A stretch of DNA of 64,000 bases from a virus. Below are positions 19,889-29,081 of the stretch, piece by piece; position 1 is the first letter of the stretch; every line of letters begins with the position of its first letter. The position numbers were made by a program, and so were the translations under genes. The stretch lies in the IMG/VR virus record IMGVR_UViG_3300035661_000010; one strand, 5' to 3'. The notes beneath the pieces are model-generated. The model ran no database searches. It had not been told where the DNA came from and saw only the letters and a program-made list of their open reading frames with translations.

Positions 19889-20527
19889 ATGAGCAACCTG
19901 GAAGCACTGCGTCAGTTCGTGGAGTCGTCGAAGTACTCGAAGTCGTACACGGACTACGCACGCCAGCAAGCGGACAAGGCGATGGAACTCGCCAAGCAGC
20001 GCGCCCCAGCACCGTTTCATGGAAAGTCGGCGATCCCAAGTGCGCCGGTCAAAAGCAAGGCGTCGAAGTACGACGTCATCGCGGAGCTCGAAGAGGAGGC
20101 TCCCGATCCGTACAAGTTCATCGTAAAGTGTGGGATCAAGAACGGAGGCGCCCGCGGCTGGATCTCGCTGACTATCGTCGGGCACCACGACACGAATCCC
20201 AAGGATCTGCTTCAGTGGCTGAAGGAGGTCTACGAACTGAGTGGTGCCGCAACACTTCCCAGCCCCGGCTCTACGATCGCTCTCCCGTACCGTGAGCTGA
20301 CATCGAAGGGCAAGTACGGCCCCGCCATGAAGGCCGCCAACTGCTCCGAAGTTACGAAGCTGTTCGACGAGGTCGATGCGTTCGTGACCATGATGGAGCG
20401 ACGACCGGACCTCGCAAAGGAGCTGGCCGACGAAGTCGATGGTGAACTCCTGAACTCTGGGGACCTTCGCTGGACGTTCTTGGGTGTGCTGAACAAGCCG
20501 CCGCCGAAGTCAAAGGATCCGTGGTGA
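19889..20527 (+). CDS. Hypothetical protein inserted between sheath and tube; candidate internal head protein
   Basis: SD GAGG; N-term MSNLEALRQFVE|S. Confidence 0.6.
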   Translation: MSNLEALRQFVESSKYSKSYTDYARQQADKAMELAKQRAPAPFHGKSAIPSAPVKSKASKYDVIAELEEEAPDPYKFIVKCGIKNGGARGWISLTIVGHHDTNPKDLLQWLKEVYELSGAATLPSPGSTIALPYRELTSKGKYGPAMKAANCSEVTKLFDEVDAFVTMMERRPDLAKELADEVDGELLNSGDLRWTFLGVLNKPPPKSKDPW

Positions 20528-20627
20528 GGCGTTATCTGGACCTGATTCGTCTTTCTGAAGTAGATTTGGCTCGTAGGTCACCAGCGGGTAGAATGAACCG
20601 GGCTAGGAACCGAGAGGAGTAACGAGG

Positions 20628-21092
20628 ATGGCGCGCAAGAGGCAAGACGACTTCATCCAGAGTTTCCGGTTCCACGTGGTGGAGCCAACGGGGACGTTCC
20701 TGACGGCGACTGCTGGGTTCAAGACTGTCACCGTGCCCGACAAGAGCCTCGCTCCTGCCGAGTATCGCGATGGCCTCACGCTCTACACGGTGAAGCAACC
20801 GGGTATCCCGACAATTGGTACTGCGACGTTGGCCCAGGGCGCGACCAAGAAGCAGTCCGAGTTCTTCAAGTGGATGAAAGCGTGTGCCGAGGGTGCCGAG
20901 TACCGAGCGGACCTCCAGATCGTCGTCCACGACAACTCGAACGTCTCGCCGCCGAACGTCGTCAAGGAGATCGATCTGTTCGAGTGCTTCCCGCTTCGCA
21001 ACAAGCCGATTGGCGACCTCGACTCCACGAACTCCGAGATCAACGTCCGCGAGCTCGAAGTTGCTGTCGAGCAGTGGGAAGAGAAGACCTAA
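20628..21092 (+). CDS. Tail tube protein (T4 gp19 / Afp1-like)
   Basis: FRFHV..AGF...EYRDG..KQPG..ATLAQG..FFKW...GDLDS..EI.VRELEV. Confidence 0.9.
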   Translation: MARKRQDDFIQSFRFHVVEPTGTFLTATAGFKTVTVPDKSLAPAEYRDGLTLYTVKQPGIPTIGTATLAQGATKKQSEFFKWMKACAEGAEYRADLQIVVHDNSNVSPPNVVKEIDLFECFPLRNKPIGDLDSTNSEINVRELEVAVEQWEEKT

Positions 21093-21118
21093 CGGCACTC
21101 GTGCCCTGAAAGGGTGAC

Positions 21119-21733
21119 GTGGCCAAGAAACGCGACCTCGATCTCCTCCAGGATTTTCGGTTCCATCTGTTCGATGTGAGTCCGAAGATCCCAAGCCTGT
21201 TCCCGTTCGTGCTGAACCCGTCGATCGGGTTCTCGATGGTGACGGCTCCGTTGCTCAGCCTTGACAAGGCGACTATCACGCCAGGCAACGCGTACTACCC
21301 GCACAAAGTCATCAAGCGCGGCACGCCGAACACGCTTGTCTGTCAGCGTGGCGCGTACCTCGAAGACGGAGACTTCTGGCGCTGGTACCTGGCAGCGTTG
21401 ACGGGCGAGAGCGGGTCGCTGAATGCGATTTCGGGGGCGCGCCGAAACCTGCTGCTCGTTCACTTCTCGCTGAAGGGCAACGGGATCCTGTCGTCGTACA
21501 ACCCGGCACGCGTCGCAAGTACCGCCAACCTGGCTGGCGCGGGCCTGAGCCTCGCCTCGGCGGAAGCGTTCGGCTTCATCGGTCGCATCCCATCGCGAGC
21601 CTGGCTACTGTACGACTGCCAGCCGGCCGGGTACCGTCCAGCGAGCGATCTCTCCGCATCGAGTCCGGCCATCTCGCTCCGCGAGCTTCAGCTCGACTAC
21701 TCTGACATCGACGAGATCGACCTGGGGTTCTGA
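21119..21733 (+). CDS. Second tail tube protein (Afp5-like, with insertion)
   Basis: DFRFHLFD..GFS...QRG..DFWRW..RRNLLL...AWLLYDCQP..DLSA..ISLRELQL. Confidence 0.8.
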   Translation: MAKKRDLDLLQDFRFHLFDVSPKIPSLFPFVLNPSIGFSMVTAPLLSLDKATITPGNAYYPHKVIKRGTPNTLVCQRGAYLEDGDFWRWYLAALTGESGSLNAISGARRNLLLVHFSLKGNGILSSYNPARVASTANLAGAGLSLASAEAFGFIGRIPSRAWLLYDCQPAGYRPASDLSASSPAISLRELQLDYSDIDEIDLGF

Positions 21734-22611
21734 TGAAGATAGATCTGAAAGCGACCGTGCTCGAGGAAACCAAGCGAGCCCTTCGTGATGAGGATGGGTT
21801 TGGCGCAGGGACAATGTCCGCCAACGTCGCGCCAGACGTTTTGGTGGCGCCGTCGACCCCGAAGAGTCGCAAGGATGAGGAAGAGGGCAAGAGTCCGATT
21901 CTCGGCATCGTTCGTCGCACGTTCCCTGAAGCCATCGACGGAATGGTCGGCGAGGTGGAGTGTCCGAGCTGTCATGCGGTGCAGGGCTTTCCGGACGACA
22001 CCCAGGACGAGGTGGCTTGCGAGAAGTGTGAGCAGAAGTTCTTCGTGCCCGAGAGTGTGTCTACGCAAGCGATTGCGAGCGTGAAAGAGTCGCTGGGCGA
22101 CATCGATCTGGCTGGGAAGCTTCCACCGAACACGCTCAAGGTTGACCCGGTACAGCAGACGACCCAGTTCTGTGGCCCGGCTGCCCTCGCATGTCTCCTG
22201 AATTTTCTCGGCCTCCACACGACCGAACTGGAAGTGTCGGCCGCTGCCGGCGTGACTGCCGACAAGGGCTGCACACCAGAGGGCCTGGTGGATGCAGCAA
22301 AGTCCTTTGGGCTCGATGCTGAGTACAAGCAGAACGGCACGAGCGCCGACGTGGAGCGCTTTGTGGAGCAGGAGCGTCTCCCGCTTCTGTTTTTCTGGTG
22401 GGGACATGGCCGGCGTGGCGATGGTCTGCACGTGAGCCTGGTGGTCGGTTGTGATGACAAGAGCGTGATCATTATGGATCCGGAGCCGGGCCTGGTTTTG
22501 CCGAAGCTTTGGACGAGCTTCCTGGAGACATGGTTCACCTTTTCGACGCCGACACCATCGGCGGACGGACTTCGTCTCGGCGAGTACCTCGTCATCAAAC
22601 CGAAGCCATGA
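21733..22611 (+). CDS. Zinc ribbon plus C39-like cysteine peptidase
   Basis: CPSC/CEKC zinc ribbon; QQTTQFCGPAALACLL (Q-x5-C), LHVSLVVG (His), IMDPE (Asp). Confidence 0.8.
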   Translation: MKIDLKATVLEETKRALRDEDGFGAGTMSANVAPDVLVAPSTPKSRKDEEEGKSPILGIVRRTFPEAIDGMVGEVECPSCHAVQGFPDDTQDEVACEKCEQKFFVPESVSTQAIASVKESLGDIDLAGKLPPNTLKVDPVQQTTQFCGPAALACLLNFLGLHTTELEVSAAAGVTADKGCTPEGLVDAAKSFGLDAEYKQNGTSADVERFVEQERLPLLFFWWGHGRRGDGLHVSLVVGCDDKSVIIMDPEPGLVLPKLWTSFLETWFTFSTPTPSADGLRLGEYLVIKPKP

Positions 22612-22664
22612 AGCAAGCTCACTAGACTTCTGAGCGAGCCTGCGCTCGGATGTACACTGTGAGC

Positions 22665-23033
22665 GTGAAAGACGACCCGATTACGAACCGCGCATCGAAG
22701 ATTGCGTCTCGAAGAGTCTCTACGAATGGCGAGGTTCAGGTTCGGCTCGGAGCATGGGTTCGCGAGGAGCTCGTCGACGAGTTCAAGAAGATCGCTGTCG
22801 GCAAGCAGATCGACATGAGCGACGTGATCCGCAACGCGATCCAGTCCTTCGTCTCTCAGAGCCGTGAAGAGTCATCTACGGCGCGGGGTGGCAAGGAGAA
22901 CAAGCTTGCTCGCCGCATCTTCCGCGTCTTGCTCACGACGATGAGTCCAAAGGATGTTCTGGAGGACTGCCTTCGACTCATCCCAGCACACCAGGTCGAT
23001 CAACTGATCGCAAAGCACCGAGGAGAGAAGTGA
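22665..23033 (+). CDS. Ribbon-helix-helix DNA-binding protein
   Basis: VRLGAWVREELVDEFKKIA...MSDVIRNAIQSFV is a CopG/Arc-like pattern; GTG 22665 lies 6 nt after TACACT. Confidence 0.65.
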   Translation: MKDDPITNRASKIASRRVSTNGEVQVRLGAWVREELVDEFKKIAVGKQIDMSDVIRNAIQSFVSQSREESSTARGGKENKLARRIFRVLLTTMSPKDVLEDCLRLIPAHQVDQLIAKHRGEK

Positions 23034-23036
23034 CAC

Positions 23037-23882
23037 ATGGCAATGGACAACAGTGACACGCAGATCATCGTGGATTGGCCGAGGGAGATCTCGCTCCTCA
23101 GTGGATACGTGTCGAAGGAGGGCATCCTCTACGACCGCGTCCTTGTGCGAGAGATCGGCGGAGAAGAAGAGGAGCTGATCGCGAAGAAGGATATCCCGCC
23201 GCGAGCACGTGTCGAAGGCATCGTCATCAACTGCGTGGAGAAGCTCCTGCCCGCGGTTGGCCAGACGATCGGCGGAGAGCCAGGAGGTCCGATGCCGGAG
23301 CCGCTCGAAGATCGTCGCGCGATCCGTCAGGCGGTGATCGAGATGCCGGCCAATGATCGCCCGCACATACTCATCGAGCTGCGGAAGCTCTCACCTGGTC
23401 CGATCTTCTGGTACGACGTCGAATGCCCACGCGAGCGCTGTCAGGGGCAGCTGAAGAAGTTCACCGACCTGCGCACGCTCAAGCTGACGCGACCAAAGGA
23501 TCCGATGCTTCGTACGTACGACGTCGACCTCGGTGGCGGCAATGTCGCGAAGATGAAGATCATGCTCGGCACCGATGAGGCTCTGCTCGAGAAGCTACAG
23601 GAAGAGCATGGCGATCAGTTCACGCCTGCGATTGCGGTGAGGACGCTCCTGATCAACGGCAAGCCGGTCGAGTACGATGACATCAAGAAGATGGGCACCA
23701 GCAAGCGCATGAAGATGCGCTGGGCGTACGAGCGCAACGAGTGCGATGTCGAGACGGCGGTTCGGCACCGTTGCACCCTGTGCGACAAGGAATTCACCGT
23801 GAACCTGTCGATCGGGTCGCCTGATTTTTTCTTCCCGTCGGAGACCTCGAATCCCTGGAGTACGAGCTTGGTCTCTGGCTAG
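23037..23882 (+). CDS. Tail assembly chaperone / baseplate hub assembly protein (T4 gp26/gp51-like, Zn-binding)
   Basis: REIGGEEEELI, DR..ILIELR..S.G, CPRERC and CTLC, ends DFFFP; directly upstream of the tape measure gene. Confidence 0.75.
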   Translation: MAMDNSDTQIIVDWPREISLLSGYVSKEGILYDRVLVREIGGEEEELIAKKDIPPRARVEGIVINCVEKLLPAVGQTIGGEPGGPMPEPLEDRRAIRQAVIEMPANDRPHILIELRKLSPGPIFWYDVECPRERCQGQLKKFTDLRTLKLTRPKDPMLRTYDVDLGGGNVAKMKIMLGTDEALLEKLQEEHGDQFTPAIAVRTLLINGKPVEYDDIKKMGTSKRMKMRWAYERNECDVETAVRHRCTLCDKEFTVNLSIGSPDFFFPSETSNPWSTSLVSG

Positions 23883-24034
23883 AAGCGTTCGGTGGAGACT
23901 ACTACGCGGCCAAAAAGGTGCCGTGGGCGCGTCGGGTTCGGATGCTCAACCAGTGGCTGGACAGGCAGCGGAGCAACGACAAGAACTGGTCCGAGTTCTT
24001 CGCGAAGCTGATGGGAGCGAGGCTTTCTGGATAG
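23825..24034 (+). CDS. -1 frameshift extension of the tail chaperone (gpGT-like)
   Basis: Slippery T TTT TTC at 23825-23831; the -1 frame reads FLPVGDLESLEYELGLWLEAFGGDYYAAKKVPWARRVRMLNQWLDRQRSNDKNWSEFFAKLMGARLSG* and fills the gap before the TMP. Confidence 0.75.
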   Translation, partial: FFLPVGDLESLEYELGLWLEAFGGDYYAAKKVPWARRVRMLNQWLDRQRSNDKNWSEFFAKLMGARLSG

Positions 24035-24087
24035 GAACCTCGCTTCCTAAGCTGTGTGCACCACGTGTGTTATAGTCAGGTTTGTAA

Positions 24088-27000
24088 ATGGGCAACGGAC
24101 TCGCAGGCGCAGGCAGCAACGATCAGGGGACGTTGAACGTCGACCTTCAAGCGCGAGACTCTGGTCTCGTTTCCAAGCTGAAGGAAGTCTTCAAGGCCAC
24201 CGAGCAGACCGATGCTGCATTCAAGAGGCTGAGCGAGGGCGCGGGGAAGTGGGGCAAGGCCTTCATCGACAAGGTCGGCTCCATGTCGTCGAGGGCGACG
24301 GGGCTCATGGGAAACATCGCCGGTCGAGTCGACAGCATGGTCGACCGAGCAATGAACCCTGACATCCCATATGACTCTGCACTGGCCGAGTTCAACAAGT
24401 CGTTCGCTGCGATGAACGTTGGCATGAACGTCAACGAGAAGGAGACGAACAAGTGGAAGAACTCGATCATCGCAGCTCACTTCCGTACGGGCGAGTCGCT
24501 CGATGGGATGGCCAAGGGCCTGACGGAGATGCGCAAGCAGGGCGTCGACGTCGAGAAGGCCATGGGCACCAAGGGGATGAGCGGAACGATGACGCGCATG
24601 GCAAAGGTCATGAGCGTCTTCGAGCTCGATGGCGGAAAGCTCGCCACCACATTCTCGACGCTCAAGAAGACGTTCAACATGGACGAGATGGCCGCCAAGA
24701 CCCTTGGAGATCGCATCTTCACGATCGGCAAAGTCTTCAACATCGGTCGAGAGGCTGTCCAGGCGTGGCCTGACATTGTCAACGATCTCTCGAAAGAGTT
24801 CGCCGACATGGGCAAGAAGGCGAAGCCGGAGGACATCCAGAAGTTCGCCGAATCGATCGTCACCCTCGGCGGTGCCATCACCGAAGGACTTGGCAAGCCG
24901 GCCGAGGAGAGCCTGGGCCTCTCGCGTCAGATCTTCTCCGTCCTCGCGGGCGAGAAGAAAGACATCCAGAACATGTTTCGCGGCATGGGTGGCGAGATCG
25001 GCAAGCTCGGCATGCAGCTCGCCGAGACGGGCGCGTCTGCCGACGAGATGTTCGCGCTCATCCAGAAGGATCCGCAGAAGTTCATGGAAGGGCTCCAGAA
25101 CCTCGCCAAGAACGCGGAGGCGTCAGGTGGGCGCATGGGCCCCGCATTCCAGCGCCTTGCCGGAACCGTGAACTCGGTACTCGGTAGCGATGCCACGAAT
25201 CTGATGCAGGCCAACTGGGGGAAGATCAACGACAAGCTGAAGCAGCTACCCGGTGCCCTTGCGAAGTCGGGCGACGCCATGGGTAAGGCGGCCGAGGCGG
25301 CTCACAAGTTCGTGGGTTCCGGAAATCCCGTCCAGGCGATGATCGACCGCTTCCACATGAAGACGTTTTCCCTCGTGCAGACGGACTTCAATGCCTGGTT
25401 CGGCAACCTCCAGAAGGGGTTCGAAGGAACGAGCACGAAGCTGTCGGAGCTTGCCGACCCGGCCGTTCATGGAAAATCCGTCGCCGGCCTCACGCACCGC
25501 TTGCTCCTCATGCAACGCGTCGGCCTCTCCGGCTTGTTCACACAGACGAGCAAGGCGGGTAACGCATTCGGCGTGTTCGCGACCCAGGCGACCGGAGCGC
25601 TCGGCGCGATGTCGAAGCTCGGCATCAGCCTTCGCGATCTGCCGACCCTGATTGGTGCTGGTGGACCCGTTCTTCTCGCAATGGCCCTCTTCGACAAGGG
25701 CCTTCGTCAGGACGTCATCGGTAGCGTCAAGAAAGCGTCCGAGTGGTTCAAGGGAGAAGGGCCCAAGGCCTTCAACACGTTCAAGGAGAAGATGGGCGAG
25801 GTCTGGACAGACATCGGACCGATGATCGACGACTTCGTCAGCGCAATCGAAGCAGCAGGTCCCAGCATCATGGAAGGCATCGCCGGGATGCTGAGCAAGG
25901 TCGACTGGGAGGGAGGAGCGTCGAAGCTGGGCGAGTTCGCAACCCGCGGAGCCACCGCCATCGGCAAGCTCATCGTCGATGCGATTGGCGGGTTCTTCGA
26001 CAGCGACGGTGTTCACGTCACCCTGGGAGGCTCCATCGGCTCTGCACTGTACAAGTCGGGCAAGGGTGCGCTCGAGGGGCTGTGGAAGGGCATCTGGGAC
26101 AACAAGGCGACGTTCGGCTCGAACCTACGCACGCTCGGCAAGTTCGCCATCGGCGCACTGGTTATCGCCATGCTCCTGTCATCGTCGGCTCGCGCTATCG
26201 TTGGCAAGGCTGCTCTCGGCATGGGCAAGGCGATGTTTGCACCCATCTACAAGGCGGGCGCGGCGGTGGCTTCGAAGCTCGGGAAGAAGTTCGAGACGCT
26301 TGCTGGCAAGATCAAGGATTCGTTCGACAAGCACAAGAAGGACATCGGGAACACGGCGATCGCGGTGTTCAGCGCGTACATGTGGCTGAAGGACAACATG
26401 GTCGAGGAGAACGCTGAGCTCTCGAAGAGCTGGAACGACACAAACAAGTCGTTCGCAGACAAGTCGACCGACACGTTCGAGTACATCCTCACGGCTGCTG
26501 GCAAGTTCGCGGACCAGTTCACCGGCGGCGCGCTGGGGGACATGATCGGGGGCTGGACGAACATGCACAAGAAGTTCTCCATCACGTGGAGAGGCTTCTT
26601 GCTCATGGTCACTGAGGGCATGGGCTTCATCGTCAAGCACGTGGACATCGGCTTCACGAAGATGTGGGGCGGAGTGAAGATGGGCGCGTATGCGGCCTCG
26701 GGCCTCATCGCTACTGTCGTGAACGCGTTGGTCGCCAAGATCAGCTCCACGCTCGCCGATATGCTCGACAAGATCGGAGCACCGAGCGCTCTTGTCAATT
26801 CGCTCAAAGACATGGCGAGAGACAGGCTCAAGGACAACGATGCGATGACGTCAGAGCTTCATCGCATGCAGTGGGAGACCGATCTGGAGGTCGCATCCAA
26901 GGAGAAGAGCTACGCCGCAGCGGACAAGGAGATTGATCGTCAGAAGGGTCAGCTCGCGAACGAAGACTATGCGATCAAGATGGACGATCTGACCAAGAAG

Positions 27001-27330
27001 TACGCGAAGCCCAAGGCGTCCGTTACTCCTGCCGATGCTGCCGATGGTGTCGGGACTCGTTCTCCTGCGGCTGGTGCCAAAGGTCGCAAGCTCCCGAACG
27101 TCGACAAGGCATCGCCGGCCGCCCAGGTGGCCAGCGCCTCAGACATCGCTGCCGCGAACGCGATGATGTCCCAGCAGCTCGCTCAGATGAACGCGAACAT
27201 CGCCTCCATGTCTCAGCGTCCGATGGTCGCTGAGGTCAACCTCGATGGGCGAAAGTTCGGGCAGGCCATGTTCCAGTATCAGCTGAGCGGTGCCGTGCAG
27301 ACCGCCGGCAACGCCGTTGGACCAAGGTGA
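24088..27330 (+). CDS. Tape measure protein
   Basis: 1080-aa Ala/Gly/Lys-rich helical protein with hydrophobic segments; C-term VNLDGRKFG; follows the chaperone. Confidence 0.9.
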   Translation: MGNGLAGAGSNDQGTLNVDLQARDSGLVSKLKEVFKATEQTDAAFKRLSEGAGKWGKAFIDKVGSMSSRATGLMGNIAGRVDSMVDRAMNPDIPYDSALAEFNKSFAAMNVGMNVNEKETNKWKNSIIAAHFRTGESLDGMAKGLTEMRKQGVDVEKAMGTKGMSGTMTRMAKVMSVFELDGGKLATTFSTLKKTFNMDEMAAKTLGDRIFTIGKVFNIGREAVQAWPDIVNDLSKEFADMGKKAKPEDIQKFAESIVTLGGAITEGLGKPAEESLGLSRQIFSVLAGEKKDIQNMFRGMGGEIGKLGMQLAETGASADEMFALIQKDPQKFMEGLQNLAKNAEASGGRMGPAFQRLAGTVNSVLGSDATNLMQANWGKINDKLKQLPGALAKSGDAMGKAAEAAHKFVGSGNPVQAMIDRFHMKTFSLVQTDFNAWFGNLQKGFEGTSTKLSELADPAVHGKSVAGLTHRLLLMQRVGLSGLFTQTSKAGNAFGVFATQATGALGAMSKLGISLRDLPTLIGAGGPVLLAMALFDKGLRQDVIGSVKKASEWFKGEGPKAFNTFKEKMGEVWTDIGPMIDDFVSAIEAAGPSIMEGIAGMLSKVDWEGGASKLGEFATRGATAIGKLIVDAIGGFFDSDGVHVTLGGSIGSALYKSGKGALEGLWKGIWDNKATFGSNLRTLGKFAIGALVIAMLLSSSARAIVGKAALGMGKAMFAPIYKAGAAVASKLGKKFETLAGKIKDSFDKHKKDIGNTAIAVFSAYMWLKDNMVEENAELSKSWNDTNKSFADKSTDTFEYILTAAGKFADQFTGGALGDMIGGWTNMHKKFSITWRGFLLMVTEGMGFIVKHVDIGFTKMWGGVKMGAYAASGLIATVVNALVAKISSTLADMLDKIGAPSALVNSLKDMARDRLKDNDAMTSELHRMQWETDLEVASKEKSYAAADKEIDRQKGQLANEDYAIKMDDLTKKYAKPKASVTPADAADGVGTRSPAAGAKGRKLPNVDKASPAAQVASASDIAAANAMMSQQLAQMNANIASMSQRPMVAEVNLDGRKFGQAMFQYQLSGAVQTAGNAVGPR

Positions 27331-27333
27331 TCA

Positions 27334-27654
27334 ATGTCTGTTCGAATCCCCCCTCGCAGCCGCCTCCAGTTCGCAAACCTCGTCAGTGTGAGTGACACCG
27401 AGTTCTGGGATGTTCCGATCATCCCCGCGATCGATCCGCAGCCGGACGATGAGCTGTACCAATGGGACGAGCTTGATCGCATCGAGGATCTTGCGTTCGA
27501 GTACTACAGAGACTCCACGCTTTGGTGGGTGATCGCGAAGCGAAACAACCTCCAAGACCTGCCGTTCAGCATCGCGACAGGTGACAAGATCTACATCCCG
27601 TCGCGGACGTTTGTCTTCGAGAAGCTCTTCACGCAGCAGTCGACGGGAGGCTAG
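27334..27654 (+). CDS. LysM-like baseplate protein (T4 gp53 / P2 gpX-like)
   Basis: DRIEDLAFEYYRDSTLWWVIAKRN..D.P..G.KIYIP. Confidence 0.85.
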   Translation: MSVRIPPRSRLQFANLVSVSDTEFWDVPIIPAIDPQPDDELYQWDELDRIEDLAFEYYRDSTLWWVIAKRNNLQDLPFSIATGDKIYIPSRTFVFEKLFTQQSTGG

Positions 27655-27656
27655 CC

Positions 27657-29081
27657 ATGCCGCAACCGTTCGCGTTCCGTGCTGCGTGGGTGAACATCAT
27701 GGTCTACAACCCCGAGACGGGACAGACTCAGCGCTTCGATGCGGGACAGACCCGCGGTGAAGGGAAGTACCTTCCGTACTTCAGCAGCATGACTGTCAAG
27801 ACTGGCCTCGCGCACAACTCGGAGGTCGCTGTTGTTCTGTGTCCGCCGCGGTACGAGGACTTCATCGATCTGATCGAGAGCCCATGGGTCCGGCTGTACA
27901 ACTCGCTCGGCGTGCGCTGGGGCTACACGGACGATCCGTCACACGTATCGCCTTGGTACTGGTCGTTCATGAAGCCGCCGACGATTGGGATCGACGTCGA
28001 GAGTTTTTCGATCACGCTGAACGGTACCGGGTTCGAGTTTTCGATGATGCGGAAGGGGTCGGCGAAGGTGTGGGCGTCCGAGGGCGGAACGCCGGGACCA
28101 CGTTCGTTGATGGACGTTATCAAGGAGATCGTCTCTGTGTACGGAATGCCGATTGTCTTGAACAACGGCAAGCCATTCCCGAAGATCATCGCAGACGCGC
28201 TCAACGAGCCTCGCAAGTCGCTCGTACAAAGTGGCGTCAACGACTGGGCCTTCATTCGAAAGTCGATTGAGCCCCTGGGTCTCTGGATGTTCGTCGCGAA
28301 GGGCTTCGAGATCCACATCCTGAAGGGCAACGATCCGGAGCCGCCCAGCCGAATCTTCCGCGTCTATGGCAAGTCGAACCCGGCAGATGGCATTTGGCCT
28401 GCATGGGGGTACTCGACGGAGACCAATGCGATGTTCCTTCCCGGCCGCGGTGTCGCAGCGACAACCTTCGGTCCCAACGCCGATCGAACGCAGAAGGTTT
28501 CGACGGTCGAGGAGAATGTCCTCAAGATCGACTGGAGCAAGGTCAAGACGAAGGGAACGCTTGGCACAATCGTGACCGATGTCGGATCGTCAGGCATCAC
28601 CATTCCACGCGACGCGAAGGACCAGTCCACGCTGCCGCAGGACATCCCTGCTCATCCGGATGCTGGTGGAGCCAAGGCGAGCGTAGCTGCTGCCGGCAAC
28701 GAGTCGACAGAGCGCATGCCGCTGTCGAGTCAGCAGGAGGACGGTCAGGCCATTGCGTTCGGCAAGAGCGACAACAACGTCGAGAAGACGGGCCAGACGG
28801 CCGAGTTCGAGTCGATCGACGATCCGACGCTGCTACCTGGTGACCTTGTGCGCATGGAGATGACAGGGAAGCCCTTCGAAGGAAACCACCGAGTTCAGTT
28901 CATTGAACACCGCATCGGTGGGGGAGAGTTCGGCGTGATGCACCTCACGGTGATGGCCAGCGGCATCATCGGCGCGTTCGCGAATCCGAAGAATGTGACT
29001 GACGCAGCGAGCGCTGGCGACAAGCCTGCGACCAACGATGACAGCGACGACAAGTCGGCGGACAAGGGAGCAGGCGTATGA
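27657..29081 (+). CDS. Baseplate hub protein (P2 gpD / gp27-like)
   Basis: Q.GVNDWAFI, DPTLLPGDLV, EGNHRVQFIEHRIG motifs; synteny. Confidence 0.75.
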   Translation: MPQPFAFRAAWVNIMVYNPETGQTQRFDAGQTRGEGKYLPYFSSMTVKTGLAHNSEVAVVLCPPRYEDFIDLIESPWVRLYNSLGVRWGYTDDPSHVSPWYWSFMKPPTIGIDVESFSITLNGTGFEFSMMRKGSAKVWASEGGTPGPRSLMDVIKEIVSVYGMPIVLNNGKPFPKIIADALNEPRKSLVQSGVNDWAFIRKSIEPLGLWMFVAKGFEIHILKGNDPEPPSRIFRVYGKSNPADGIWPAWGYSTETNAMFLPGRGVAATTFGPNADRTQKVSTVEENVLKIDWSKVKTKGTLGTIVTDVGSSGITIPRDAKDQSTLPQDIPAHPDAGGAKASVAAAGNESTERMPLSSQQEDGQAIAFGKSDNNVEKTGQTAEFESIDDPTLLPGDLVRMEMTGKPFEGNHRVQFIEHRIGGGEFGVMHLTVMASGIIGAFANPKNVTDAASAGDKPATNDDSDDKSADKGAGV

